Positions 17,588 to 27,094 of a DNA stretch of 64,000 nucleotides are shown one piece after another; position 1 is the first letter of the stretch, and the number at the start of each line of letters is the position of its first letter. Below the pieces are notes generated by a model, which did not search any database, had not been told where the DNA came from, and saw only the letters and a program-made list of their open reading frames with translations. The position numbers were made by a program, and so were the translations under genes. The stretch lies in assembly GCA_965206645.1 (NCBI GenBank), contig CBDBKE010000002.1, positions 64,001 through 128,000 of the forward strand, written 5' to 3'. The DNA is from Terriglobia bacterium (GTDB lineage: Bacteria; Acidobacteriota; Terriglobia; JAJPHL01; JAPKYU01).

Positions 17588-19369
17588 TCAACTCATCTCT
17601 CCGGCTCCGCCGCCGCCGACTACGGCCGGCACCTGCCGCGCCGTGGTCAGACTGCGGGCCGCCCTTTCGTCCACGATAATGTCCGCAAGGGCGCCGCCAG
17701 CCGGGATCATCGGGTAGACGTTTGCTTCCCGCTCCACCCGCACATCCAAAAGGACAGGACCCGGTTCGGCCAGCGTCTCCCGGACGGCATCACGCAGCTC
17801 CTCCGGACGAGTCACCACGCGGCCCGGAAAGCCATAGGCTTCGCCCAACTTTTTCGCGTCGGGGAACACATCAAGCGCGACGGCCGAGTAGCGCCCCTCA
17901 TAGAAGAGCTCCTGCCACTGGCGCACCATGCCTAGATAGAGGTTGTTCATGACGATGACCTTGACGGGCAGGCGGTAGCTAACCAGGGTGGCCAGTTCCG
18001 GAAGGCTCATCTGGAAACCGCCGTCGCCCAGCAACGCCACCACGCAGCGGTCAGGGCGAGCAAACTGTGCGCCGATCGCCGCCGGCAGCCCGTAGCCCAT
18101 GGCCCCCAGGCCGCCCGAGGTGAGCCAGGTGCGCGGGTGGCGCAGTTTGATGTACTGCGCGCCCCACATCTGGTGCTGTCCCACATCGGTCACAATGATG
18201 GCCTCCCCGTCCACGGCGCTGGAAATCTCCTGACAGAGCCGCTGCGGCATGATTTCGCCGTCCCGGTCCTGATAGGCCAGCGGGTGCTCTTGCTGCCAGC
18301 CGTGCACCCGTTCGAGCCACCCCTGCCGCTCGGCCAGGTGCTTCTGCCCGCCCTGCGGCGACGACAGCGAGTCAGCCACCCGCCGGTTCAGCTTGGTCAG
18401 CACGCGGCTGACGTCGCCCACAATCGGCACGTCCGGCGTCACGTTCTTGCCGATTTCGACCGGGTCAATATCAATGTGAATGATCTTGGCGTGCTTGGCG
18501 AAGGCCTCCAGCTTGCCGGTGACACGGTCATCAAACCGCACGCCGATAGCGATCATCAGGTCGGTTCCCACCATTGCCTGGTTCGCTGAGTAAGTGCCGT
18601 GCATGCCCAGCATGCCGTTGAACAGCGGATGGTCACCGGGCAAGCCTCCCAGGCCCATCAGCGTCAGTCCCACCGGCACTTGCAGCATCTCGGCCAGTTC
18701 CTTGAGCAGCGGGGCGGCCCCGGAAGAGATCACACCGCCGCCGGCGTAAATCACCGGCCGCTGCGCCCCCCAGATGGTCTGGACTGCTTTCTTGATCTGG
18801 CCTTCATGGCCTTCATAGGTGGGCCGATAGCCCGGCAGGTTCAGGGTGTCTGGGTAGCGGAATTCTCCGCCCTCGGCCAGAAACACGTTCTTGGGCACAT
18901 CCACCAGCACTGGCCCCGGACGGCCGGTACGGGCAATATGGAAGGCTTCTTTAAGCACCTGCGGCAGTTCCCGGACGTCCTTCACCAGGTAGTTGTGCTT
19001 GGTGCAGGGACGGGTGATGCCCACCGTATCGGCCTCCTGGAAAGCGTCGTTGCCAATTAGATTGGTGGAGACCTGGCCAGTCAACGCCACTACCGGGATG
19101 GAATCCATCATGGCGTTGGTCAGCCCCGTCACCATGTTGGTGGCCCCGGGCCCCGAGGTGGCCATGGCGGTGCCCACCCGGCCGCTGGCTCGTGCGAAGC
19201 CGTCGGCGGCAAAGACGGCGTTCTCCTCGTGCCGCACCAGCACGTGCAGCAGATGCTTCGCACCCACCAGCTTGTCGTAGAAAGGTAGGACCACGCCGCC
19301 TGGATAACCAAACAGGACGTCTGCTCCCTCCCGGTGCAGACACTCTAGTATGAGGTTGGAGCCAACCAT
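17588..19369 (-). CDS. ilvB: Acetolactate synthase large subunit
   Basis: FGYPGG, VRHE, TSGPGATN, DAFQEAD, DVGQHQMW, GDGGFQM...NN..LGMVRQWQ. Confidence 0.97.
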   Translation of the reverse strand: MVGSNLILECLHREGADVLFGYPGGVVLPFYDKLVGAKHLLHVLVRHEENAVFAADGFARASGRVGTAMATSGPGATNMVTGLTNAMMDSIPVVALTGQVSTNLIGNDAFQEADTVGITRPCTKHNYLVKDVRELPQVLKEAFHIARTGRPGPVLVDVPKNVFLAEGGEFRYPDTLNLPGYRPTYEGHEGQIKKAVQTIWGAQRPVIYAGGGVISSGAAPLLKELAEMLQVPVGLTLMGLGGLPGDHPLFNGMLGMHGTYSANQAMVGTDLMIAIGVRFDDRVTGKLEAFAKHAKIIHIDIDPVEIGKNVTPDVPIVGDVSRVLTKLNRRVADSLSSPQGGQKHLAERQGWLERVHGWQQEHPLAYQDRDGEIMPQRLCQEISSAVDGEAIIVTDVGQHQMWGAQYIKLRHPRTWLTSGGLGAMGYGLPAAIGAQFARPDRCVVALLGDGGFQMSLPELATLVSYRLPVKVIVMNNLYLGMVRQWQELFYEGRYSAVALDVFPDAKKLGEAYGFPGRVVTRPEELRDAVRETLAEPGPVLLDVRVEREANVYPMIPAGGALADIIVDERAARSLTTARQVPAVVGGGGAGEMS

Positions 19370-19461
19370 AGCAAGTTCCCTGTCCCCAGCAAGTTCCCCG
19401 TCCTCCGACCGGGTGTGTGGCGAGGCCGCGGCCCACAGTCAGACGGCGGGGGCAAAACACA

Positions 19462-19490
19462 AGGCTAGTATTAAAAGCTACTTATGTCAA
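19462..19490 (-). promoter_or_regulatory. Sigma70 promoter of ilvBNC
   Basis: TTGACA-17 bp-TAGCCT on the minus strand. Confidence 0.7.
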
Positions 19491-19860
19491 CGGCCATCTG
19501 CATAAATTCTGCTTATGAGAAGCATGCTGCTCTCCGGTCGCCTCGGCTGATATTCGATCACAATAATTCTGTTCGCCACGCGACATGCAGATGCCGTACG
19601 GATCTGGTCATCTTGCGAGAGGGAAATTACCTCCAGCAATCGGTCACCTTCGGCGTCTAGCTTGTGCCGGTGTCCAGCCCGTGAATGGGCGTGGCCGACG
19701 GAGTGCGTCACCCACCTGCCCGGAGGCTCCCACGCCAGCCCTCACGTCAGGCGGAGATAGATCGGGATCTGGTTGGAGCAAACGAAACTTCTTTGGGTCA
19801 AACCTGCGACAGGTTTGGCAGCGTCAAGGAGGTTCCGGAGCGGCCCCAGCCTGCTTTCAG

Positions 19861-21132
19861 TTAGCAGGCTGTGGCCAGCCGGCCCGACTTGATCAGGCCG
19901 CCTTGCATCACCGCGATGAAGTTGGACGGATCCTCCAGTAGGGTAATGTCAGCCAGGACATCTCCAGCGACCACCAGCAAGTCGGCCAGCTTGCCCGACT
20001 CCAGGGTGCCGATTTCTTTCTCCCGTCCCATCAGCTCGGCTCCAATCTTGCTGGCCCCCCGGATGGTATCGAGCGGACTGAAGCCTACGTATTTCACAAA
20101 GAAGCTAAGCTCCTTGGCATAGTCCCCGTGCGGGTTCCACGCCAGGCCGAAGTCACCTCCTCCGGTGGCGACCCGCCCGCCGCCTTTGAGCACCTTCTGG
20201 GCAACCTCGGCGCCGCACTCTACGTGCTCCTTTTCTTCATCCAGGGCCTCTTGCGAGAACCCGAATTCCCGCCCACGCTCGTTCGCCGCCTGACAGTGGT
20301 ACAACGTTGGGACAATGGGCGTGTCGCGTTCCAGCAGCATTTCCACACCCTCATCGTCCAGGTAATTGCCGTGCTCGATCGAATCGTACCCCAGGCGCAA
20401 GGCGATCTTCGACGCTTTGGCGCCCCGGAGGTGACCGAAGACCTTGACTCCATAGTTATGGGCCTCCTCCGCGACGGCCCGCATCTCCTCTTCCGTCATG
20501 TTAAGAGTGTGAGAACCAGCATGGCCACAGCCCGCATCTCCGCCGGGGTAGGTCTTAATCCAGTCCGCGCCGGCCTTGATGATCCTGCGGGCTGCGGAGC
20601 GCGCCTCGATGGGTCCATCCACCACGAACGTCTCGCCCTCCATCCCCAACTTCAAGAAGTCGGGGTTGCAGTCCATCATCCCACCCCGGCCACAGATATC
20701 CCGGCCAGCGGCCGAGATCCGGGGCCCCGGCAGGTGGTCCTCCTCGACCGCCTTTTTGAGCGCGATGTCGATGTTGTGCATGCCTCCACCGGTGCGAGTT
20801 CCTGTATACCCACACTCCAGTAACAGGTGGGCGTGGGAGGCCGATCGAAGGGCCATATACTCCACGGGATACCGCATATCCAGATCCGATATGGTCGCCG
20901 CGTTCACGTAGGAGGGATGCCAATGAGGCTCGATGAGCCCGGGCATCAGGGTGCCGCCTTTTGCGTCAATCCGCCGGGCCTGAGGAGAAACCTCCGGCGC
21001 CCCCGAGCTTGGACCCGCGTAGGTGATTCGACCATCCCGAATCACCAGTGTGGCATTGGGCACGGCCGGTGCCCCGGTCCCGTCCACAAGCTGTCCATTC
21101 TGGATCACCGTCGTCCCTTGCGCAGTTTTCAT
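19861..21132 (-). CDS. Metal-dependent amidohydrolase (Xaa-Pro dipeptidase-like)
   Basis: TLMPGLIEPHWH, GADWIK, DSIEHG, GTLESGKLADLLVV. Confidence 0.88.
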   Translation of the reverse strand: MKTAQGTTVIQNGQLVDGTGAPAVPNATLVIRDGRITYAGPSSGAPEVSPQARRIDAKGGTLMPGLIEPHWHPSYVNAATISDLDMRYPVEYMALRSASHAHLLLECGYTGTRTGGGMHNIDIALKKAVEEDHLPGPRISAAGRDICGRGGMMDCNPDFLKLGMEGETFVVDGPIEARSAARRIIKAGADWIKTYPGGDAGCGHAGSHTLNMTEEEMRAVAEEAHNYGVKVFGHLRGAKASKIALRLGYDSIEHGNYLDDEGVEMLLERDTPIVPTLYHCQAANERGREFGFSQEALDEEKEHVECGAEVAQKVLKGGGRVATGGGDFGLAWNPHGDYAKELSFFVKYVGFSPLDTIRGASKIGAELMGREKEIGTLESGKLADLLVVAGDVLADITLLEDPSNFIAVMQGGLIKSGRLATAC

Positions 21133-21422
21133 CGGACTGCACCTCCATTTCCTTAGAACTGCTCTTCTTCCCTGTCTCCAGAGAATCCAGCCGAAGAACC
21201 CCTACATTGTAACGTCGGCGACTAGGCGAAGATGCAAAAATCTTTCCCGGCACGGGGCGGGAGAAAAAGGGCGGGCGCACCCCGGTCCGCTTTCAGGTTG
21301 ACGTGCGGGTGTAGATTTGCTTTGCGCCTGACATTTGCGCCTGACTGGCGCAGTCAGTGGCTCGCAAGATCCGATTGGGATAGACTGAGCGACGACGAAC
21401 CACCGGGGGGTGACAAGTGTCC

Positions 21423-22352
21423 ATGACCTTCGGCATTCACGTTGGGCATCTGGGTGGACCGCTCGACGAAATGCGCCGGCTCTGGAAGTTCGCCGACGAC
21501 CGCGGTTTCGACTGGTTCTCGGTTTCGGACCACTTCCAGGAGTCCCCACCGCGAGGAGGAGACCAGGACTGCTTCGAGGCGCTCGCTTCCATGACGGCCG
21601 CGGCGGTAGAAACCCGGAAAGTTCGGATCGGCTGTCTGGTCTTCTGCATAAACTACCGCAACCCTGGACTCCTGGCGAAAGCGCTTTCGACCATTGACCA
21701 CCTCTCCGGGGGCCGCGTGGAGTGCGGGATCGGCGCGGGATGGCATGAGCGGGAGCACCGGGCATTCGGCATTCCCTTCGCTCCGATCGGCGTCCGCGAG
21801 GATCAACTGGAGGAATACGCGCAGGTTTTGCGCCTCCTTTTCGATCAGGAGGCGTCCGACTTCGACGGCAAGCATTTCCAACTCAGTGACGCGCGCTGCA
21901 ATCCGAAACCATTACAGAAGCGTCTGCGGATCTGGATCGGCGGAATCGGAGAGAAGCGCACGCTACGCGCCACCGCACGCTATGCGGATGGCTGGAACGC
22001 GCCCTATCTCGATCCTCAAGCGTGGCGAGCGAAGAACGCAGTACTGGATGAATGGTGTCAAAGGGAAGAGCGCAACCCGAAGTCCATCCGACGCAGCGCG
22101 AACGTCGGCTTTTACATGGCCGCTGACACCAGCTCTGTCGCCCGGCAGGAAGAGATTCTAAAGGCCCACTGGGGCAGTCTGCTTGAGCACCGTCGCGGGT
22201 TTCTGCGCGGGACTCCGGAACAGGCAATGGAAATGGCAGCCGCGTATCGCGCCGCCGGCGTCCAGCGTCTGAACATCGGCTTCCGTCAGGGCCCCTACGA
22301 CTGGGAAGCCCTGGAAGCCTTTGCAGAGAAGGTACTCCCAGAGCTGGCATGA
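21423..22352 (+). CDS. LLM-class (luciferase-like) oxidoreductase, probably F420-dependent
   Basis: SVSDHF, YRNPGLLAK, DHLSGGR...GIGAGW..EH, IWIGG.GEKRTLR...ADGWN. Confidence 0.85.
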   Translation: MTFGIHVGHLGGPLDEMRRLWKFADDRGFDWFSVSDHFQESPPRGGDQDCFEALASMTAAAVETRKVRIGCLVFCINYRNPGLLAKALSTIDHLSGGRVECGIGAGWHEREHRAFGIPFAPIGVREDQLEEYAQVLRLLFDQEASDFDGKHFQLSDARCNPKPLQKRLRIWIGGIGEKRTLRATARYADGWNAPYLDPQAWRAKNAVLDEWCQREERNPKSIRRSANVGFYMAADTSSVARQEEILKAHWGSLLEHRRGFLRGTPEQAMEMAAAYRAAGVQRLNIGFRQGPYDWEALEAFAEKVLPELA

Positions 22353-24628
22353 AGAATCATGGAATCAGACACATGTTTCGATCGCTTCAGGCAACACTTC
22401 CGGTAGCGCTCCTGACACTTCTCGGGTCAGCCAACCCCACGCTGGGCGCTGATGTCCAGATGGATAGCCCCTCGAATACCCTGATTGAAATCACGGGGGG
22501 CAGTGGACCGCAGGCCTGGCAGCTCCGCTACGGCACGCACGACAGTTACAAGAAACATTTGGTATCGGCGAATGAGAACCGCGCCTGGTTCAGCCATGGC
22601 GGTTGGCTGCGGCTGATTGACACAAGAAAGGGCGTTGCGATTGACCGGTGGCACTTTCCTGGGATGATCGTCTCGCTCAGTCCAGCCGGAAATCGGGTGC
22701 AAATTGAAGTGGAAGACAAGCTCAACGATCGAGCATTCCGCCGAACATTCGCCTCCTTCCCCAGTGCCGGGGAGGTTGTGCCCTATTGGCCTTCGGGCAA
22801 TCTATTGCTGAATCGAGTTCCGATGACCGAAGTGGAGTCGGCATGGCGCTCCGAGGAGTCGATCGGTCTTCTATCGGACACATGGAAGATTCCGAAGGGA
22901 GGAGAGGCTGAAGAGCTTCTAAGAGGGCTGGAGGAGGCAGTCGAGCGCGATCCGACTACCCCGGCGCTTCGCATCGCCCTGTGGAGGGTCTTGCGGGAAA
23001 TGGAAGACCCGCGGGCTCCGGCGGTACTCGAAGAAGCGCTACAGGTGCCCACGACAGATTTCACGGAAATGCTCCCACTCGCCGGCCTCCTCGACCGTCT
23101 AGGGGAGCGCGCGGCGGCACGTAGAGCATTTGAACTGGGGTGCCAGGATTTCTTGAGGCGCGGAAACGATCCGCGGCTGTTGCTGACGCTGATCGGAAAG
23201 ATGATCCTCTACCAACCTTGGAGAAAGAACCCCCCGGACTTGAACACCAACTACGGCCGGGAATTGATGGAGCGAAACTTTCGGCTTGCACCCCGCTGCG
23301 AAGCTGCTGATTTCGCGTGGCAGGCGTACGCCGCCTACCTCCAGCAAGGCGGGCAGACCGAGGCTGCGCGTGTATGGCGCGCGCGGGCCAAGGAGGCGGC
23401 CCGCACTTCGGTCTTCCTGATGCCAAGAGACTACACCCTCCTTGCCGACCTGCTGATCCTGGTGATTCTTTCAGCACCCATTGCCGCAGGGCTTTACGCG
23501 ACTCTGCTCAGTGTGCGGTACTTGAGACAGCGCCGGGCGGATTTGGCCGCGCAAAAGGGACAAGGCCTGCGGGTCCGCGCCTTCTCTCTTGTGAGCCTCC
23601 GGTACTGGACCCTCAGTCAACGCGTAGCGTTTCTTACAATTATCGTCACGGTTTGGGCTGCGGTGGGCTTGTTTACAGTAATTGTCCAGGGGGTCTCGCG
23701 TGCAGCAGGGATGCCGCTGGGCTCCGGGATGGGAAGCTTGGCAGGGCCAGTGACGGTGTGGCACCTGGAAAACCGGTTGCCCCCAACACCCGAACGCGAC
23801 CTCTTGTTAGCTGTCGCGTACCACCAAAGTGGTGAGAACGAAAAGGCCGAACGTCTCTACCGCAGCCTGCCGGATTTTGCCGAGAGCTGGAACAACCTCG
23901 GGGTGCTCTTGCGGGGTGCCGGCAGCGAGCAGGAAGCGCGGCAGGCATTCGAAAAAGCTCTCGCACTGGACCCGGGGTTGGCGGAGTCGGGCCTCAATCT
24001 GGGGCAACCGCCACAAGGAATCTGGGCGGAACAGTATTTGAAGTATCTGCCGGATCGGGCCATGATCGCCCCACCGCGAGCGGAGCGCTGGGCGCCCGTT
24101 TTCCTGGGTGGCTCCATCCTCTTGCAAGCAAAGGCCGGGCCGTTTGCGGGTTCTGGCCCAGAGGGATTGTTCAGCAACTCGGGCGTTGTGGGATCACCAG
24201 GCTCCATGATTGTTCTGAAGTTGATGCTGGTAGCCGCCTTGATTCTTGCTGTCGGGCTGCTGTTTCTTCCCCGATGGACGGCGACACAGTTGCCTCCCAA
24301 GGGCTTTAGCGTCCTGGAGGTGCTCCTGCCAGGCATCTCGTCAGGATGGAGTTTCCTGGGAGGGCTGGTGCTGGTGGCCTGGGGTTACCTGCTCTTGCAG
24401 GCTCTGCTGATGCTTGCGAGGGGAACACCGTACATCTTGACGTCGATTGCTTTGCCCAACCTGACAGGTTCTTACGGGGTCCCGGGGACAGATTTCGACG
24501 CTCTTCTTCGGATGATCAACCCTGGTTGGGTATGGGTGTATCTGGCGCCGGCGCTCTTGTTTGCAGTGAATCTTGTCTGGGTGTTGCGCGCCAGGCGAGC
24601 GACAGTCTCACCGACCTCAAGCGGGTAA
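22349..24628 (+). CDS. Hypothetical multi-pass membrane protein with TPR motif
   Basis: Signal-like N-terminus, several TM segments, TPR-like AESWNNLGVLL...ARQAFEKALALDP. Confidence 0.7.
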   Translation: MKNHGIRHMFRSLQATLPVALLTLLGSANPTLGADVQMDSPSNTLIEITGGSGPQAWQLRYGTHDSYKKHLVSANENRAWFSHGGWLRLIDTRKGVAIDRWHFPGMIVSLSPAGNRVQIEVEDKLNDRAFRRTFASFPSAGEVVPYWPSGNLLLNRVPMTEVESAWRSEESIGLLSDTWKIPKGGEAEELLRGLEEAVERDPTTPALRIALWRVLREMEDPRAPAVLEEALQVPTTDFTEMLPLAGLLDRLGERAAARRAFELGCQDFLRRGNDPRLLLTLIGKMILYQPWRKNPPDLNTNYGRELMERNFRLAPRCEAADFAWQAYAAYLQQGGQTEAARVWRARAKEAARTSVFLMPRDYTLLADLLILVILSAPIAAGLYATLLSVRYLRQRRADLAAQKGQGLRVRAFSLVSLRYWTLSQRVAFLTIIVTVWAAVGLFTVIVQGVSRAAGMPLGSGMGSLAGPVTVWHLENRLPPTPERDLLLAVAYHQSGENEKAERLYRSLPDFAESWNNLGVLLRGAGSEQEARQAFEKALALDPGLAESGLNLGQPPQGIWAEQYLKYLPDRAMIAPPRAERWAPVFLGGSILLQAKAGPFAGSGPEGLFSNSGVVGSPGSMIVLKLMLVAALILAVGLLFLPRWTATQLPPKGFSVLEVLLPGISSGWSFLGGLVLVAWGYLLLQALLMLARGTPYILTSIALPNLTGSYGVPGTDFDALLRMINPGWVWVYLAPALLFAVNLVWVLRARRATVSPTSSG

Positions 24629-24825
24629 CCCTAGCGACTCGCGTGTATGATTGGCGAGCGCGAGACCTAGCGTCGAGCCATCTTCGGCGATCTCTTCCAT
24701 CCTCTCTCCAGGTATCTGTCTCGGGCACCTGAAGGATACCTAAACGAGGAGTCCGGCCTCCCTGCCCCCATTCGCTTAAACCGTGTCCGATCCGATGGCT
24801 TGACCCGCGCACTCGAAGGTAGTAT

Positions 24826-26697
24826 TTGTCGGCCATGCGCGCGCTGGCCGCTTCCCTTCTGTTGATCTTCTGCGGCCCGATCTTTGCCGGCGACTTCTCG
24901 CAGCGCTTTGAACTGACACTCAAGCGGGTTCTCCACGGCAAGTCACCGGCATACACAGACGAACTGTTGCTGGCTGACGTCATACCCCGGCACGTTCGCC
25001 GTTTTACCAACTTCAGCGGCGACCTCTCGGGCCGATACATCGGCGCCGTCGCGGCTGCGGCGCGGCATACCGACAGGCGTTTTGCTTCGCTTGACCGGGT
25101 CGCGCTCGAGATCCTTCGGCATCAAAAACCCGACGGCCATTTCGGCGATTCGATGAGCGCCTCTGGCGTCGAGGCGGATGACATGGCGAGACTTTGGGGA
25201 AACGGCCGCCTGCTAATCGGCCTGCTGGAGTACCATCGGTTGAATCCGCGGCCGGATGTGCTGGAAGCGGCACGCCGCATCGGCGACTTCCTAGTGAGCA
25301 TCGCGCCAGTCTACAACTCTGATGCGGTTCGCCGCCAGTATAGCGGCAAGCATTTTGCGGTGGGATACATCTGCTGGACTCAGAACATCGAGGGACTGGT
25401 GGAACTGTACCGCGTGACCGGCTCGGCCCGGTACCGGGAGTTGGCCCAACAAATGGCAGCGCGGGTCGCTCGCCACCCGTCGCAACATAGTCACGGCTTC
25501 CTGTCTTCTCTGCGGGGAATCGTCGAACTGTTCAAAGCGACGGGTGATGAGGCCTATCTGGAGCAAGCAGAGAGGGAATGGAAAGGCATTGGGGAATCCG
25601 GGAACCTACTGATCCAGGGCGCAGTTCCCGAGGCCTTTTACCCGCACATCCACCGCGATGACATCCGGCGCGATGAAGGTTGTTCGCACGCCGATTGGGT
25701 GCGCTTAAGCCTGGAACTGTGGCGGTTGACTGGCAAACTTCAGTATCTCGAGCAGGCCGAGGGGTCCCTGCTCAACGGATTCTCGTTTAACCAGTTTCCG
25801 AACGGGGACTTCGGCCATCACGTTCTGGAGGAAAACGGCATCGGCTCTACTGGCGTTCGCGCCTGGTGGTGCTGTACCCTGCACGGGCTGCGGGCCTTCC
25901 CGGATATCGCGGCGGCGGCGTTTCATTCTAAGGAAGGCGTGGTTTTCTACGACCTGCCGATCGACAGCCGCGTAGATGCAGATGGTTGGAAGATTCGCGC
26001 CGATTCTTCCCTGGCGCGGGACGGTACGGTGCGCCTGGAGGTAATCGAAGCCGACGGTCGCATAGGGACGTTGGCCATCCGGCGACCGGGTTGGGCCACG
26101 GCAATGGAGGCATCGGTGGACGGTCGGCCGGTGCCGGGGGAAATACACAATGGGTACCTGCGGCTGGACCGTGGGTGGAGAAGCGGTGAATCCGTCCAGG
26201 TTCGTTATCGTATGGAGACGCGACTGGTGCACCATTCAGAAAGGCCCAACCGCGTGGCGCTGTTCCATGGGCCGTGGCTGTTGGGAGTGGACGAGCGGAT
26301 GTCTCCCCAATTTTTTGGTGAGCTTGCTTCGCAGAACCGGGTTGCCCTGCCCGCCTCTGGTCCAGAAGGTACGGTAAATTTGGGCCTCGTTCCCGTTGAA
26401 GAAAACCAGGCCCGGCCTCTTACCGCTCCGATGGCGCGTTTCAATCTGAGTTTCTTGTCGGCCGGGTACCCGCTCCAGCCTGCCAACGCGATCCTGCGTC
26501 CCCTGGCAGAAAAGACGGCGACCGAGCCAGTCACTCGGTGGCGGTTCTGGTTGTCTGTCGGGCCCGACGAGGATCGACCTGCCTTGCTGAATCAATGGAG
26601 ACGCTGGCCTTGGCTGGTGATCTTTGCAGTGATTGGCTCTGTCCTGGTTATCTGGATCGGCCTGCGGGTCCTCCGCCGGGTCTCACGGACCTCCTGA
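24826..26697 (+). CDS. GH127/146-like glycoside hydrolase with C-terminal membrane anchor
   Basis: EGC and WWCC putative Zn-ligand motifs, LAIRRPGWA, GYLRLDRGWRSGE, GPWLL; signal peptide and C-terminal TM. Confidence 0.75.
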   Translation: MSAMRALAASLLLIFCGPIFAGDFSQRFELTLKRVLHGKSPAYTDELLLADVIPRHVRRFTNFSGDLSGRYIGAVAAAARHTDRRFASLDRVALEILRHQKPDGHFGDSMSASGVEADDMARLWGNGRLLIGLLEYHRLNPRPDVLEAARRIGDFLVSIAPVYNSDAVRRQYSGKHFAVGYICWTQNIEGLVELYRVTGSARYRELAQQMAARVARHPSQHSHGFLSSLRGIVELFKATGDEAYLEQAEREWKGIGESGNLLIQGAVPEAFYPHIHRDDIRRDEGCSHADWVRLSLELWRLTGKLQYLEQAEGSLLNGFSFNQFPNGDFGHHVLEENGIGSTGVRAWWCCTLHGLRAFPDIAAAAFHSKEGVVFYDLPIDSRVDADGWKIRADSSLARDGTVRLEVIEADGRIGTLAIRRPGWATAMEASVDGRPVPGEIHNGYLRLDRGWRSGESVQVRYRMETRLVHHSERPNRVALFHGPWLLGVDERMSPQFFGELASQNRVALPASGPEGTVNLGLVPVEENQARPLTAPMARFNLSFLSAGYPLQPANAILRPLAEKTATEPVTRWRFWLSVGPDEDRPALLNQWRRWPWLVIFAVIGSVLVIWIGLRVLRRVSRTS

Positions 26698-27094
26698 CGG
26701 CGCTTCCGAGAAGTGTTCTAAAGATACAGTTGCGCTGAGGTTACCCTCCTATTCTGAATTGTGGGACCCCGAACCGGGAGCTACTCTAGCTCGGTCAGTC
26801 AGATAGAGTCCATTAGCAACCCATCGAGCCGTCACGACAATTCCTTTTTAGTGGGGACAAGCCGTGGGGTTGTCTGGACAGCGACCCGACACTGCGGCGC
26901 TGGTCACTCTTACCGATCCATCGGCTAGGGTGGCCCGGTTTCTGTAGCTCCACGCTTCAGAGTCAGCGCTCCCGCCGCAGCAAGCTTTCTCAACAGCATC
27001 AAATGGTTTTGGCACGGCTTGGTCGGAGAATAAGCGTGGAAAAGCTATAATGGCGAATAGCTTCCTTGAGTCCCACTATAGCTGTGAGGGCACT

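Noticed and set aside
19487-19711. ilvB leader peptide
   Set aside because: The ORF ends at the -35 element, upstream of the predicted transcript, and has no terminator/antiterminator
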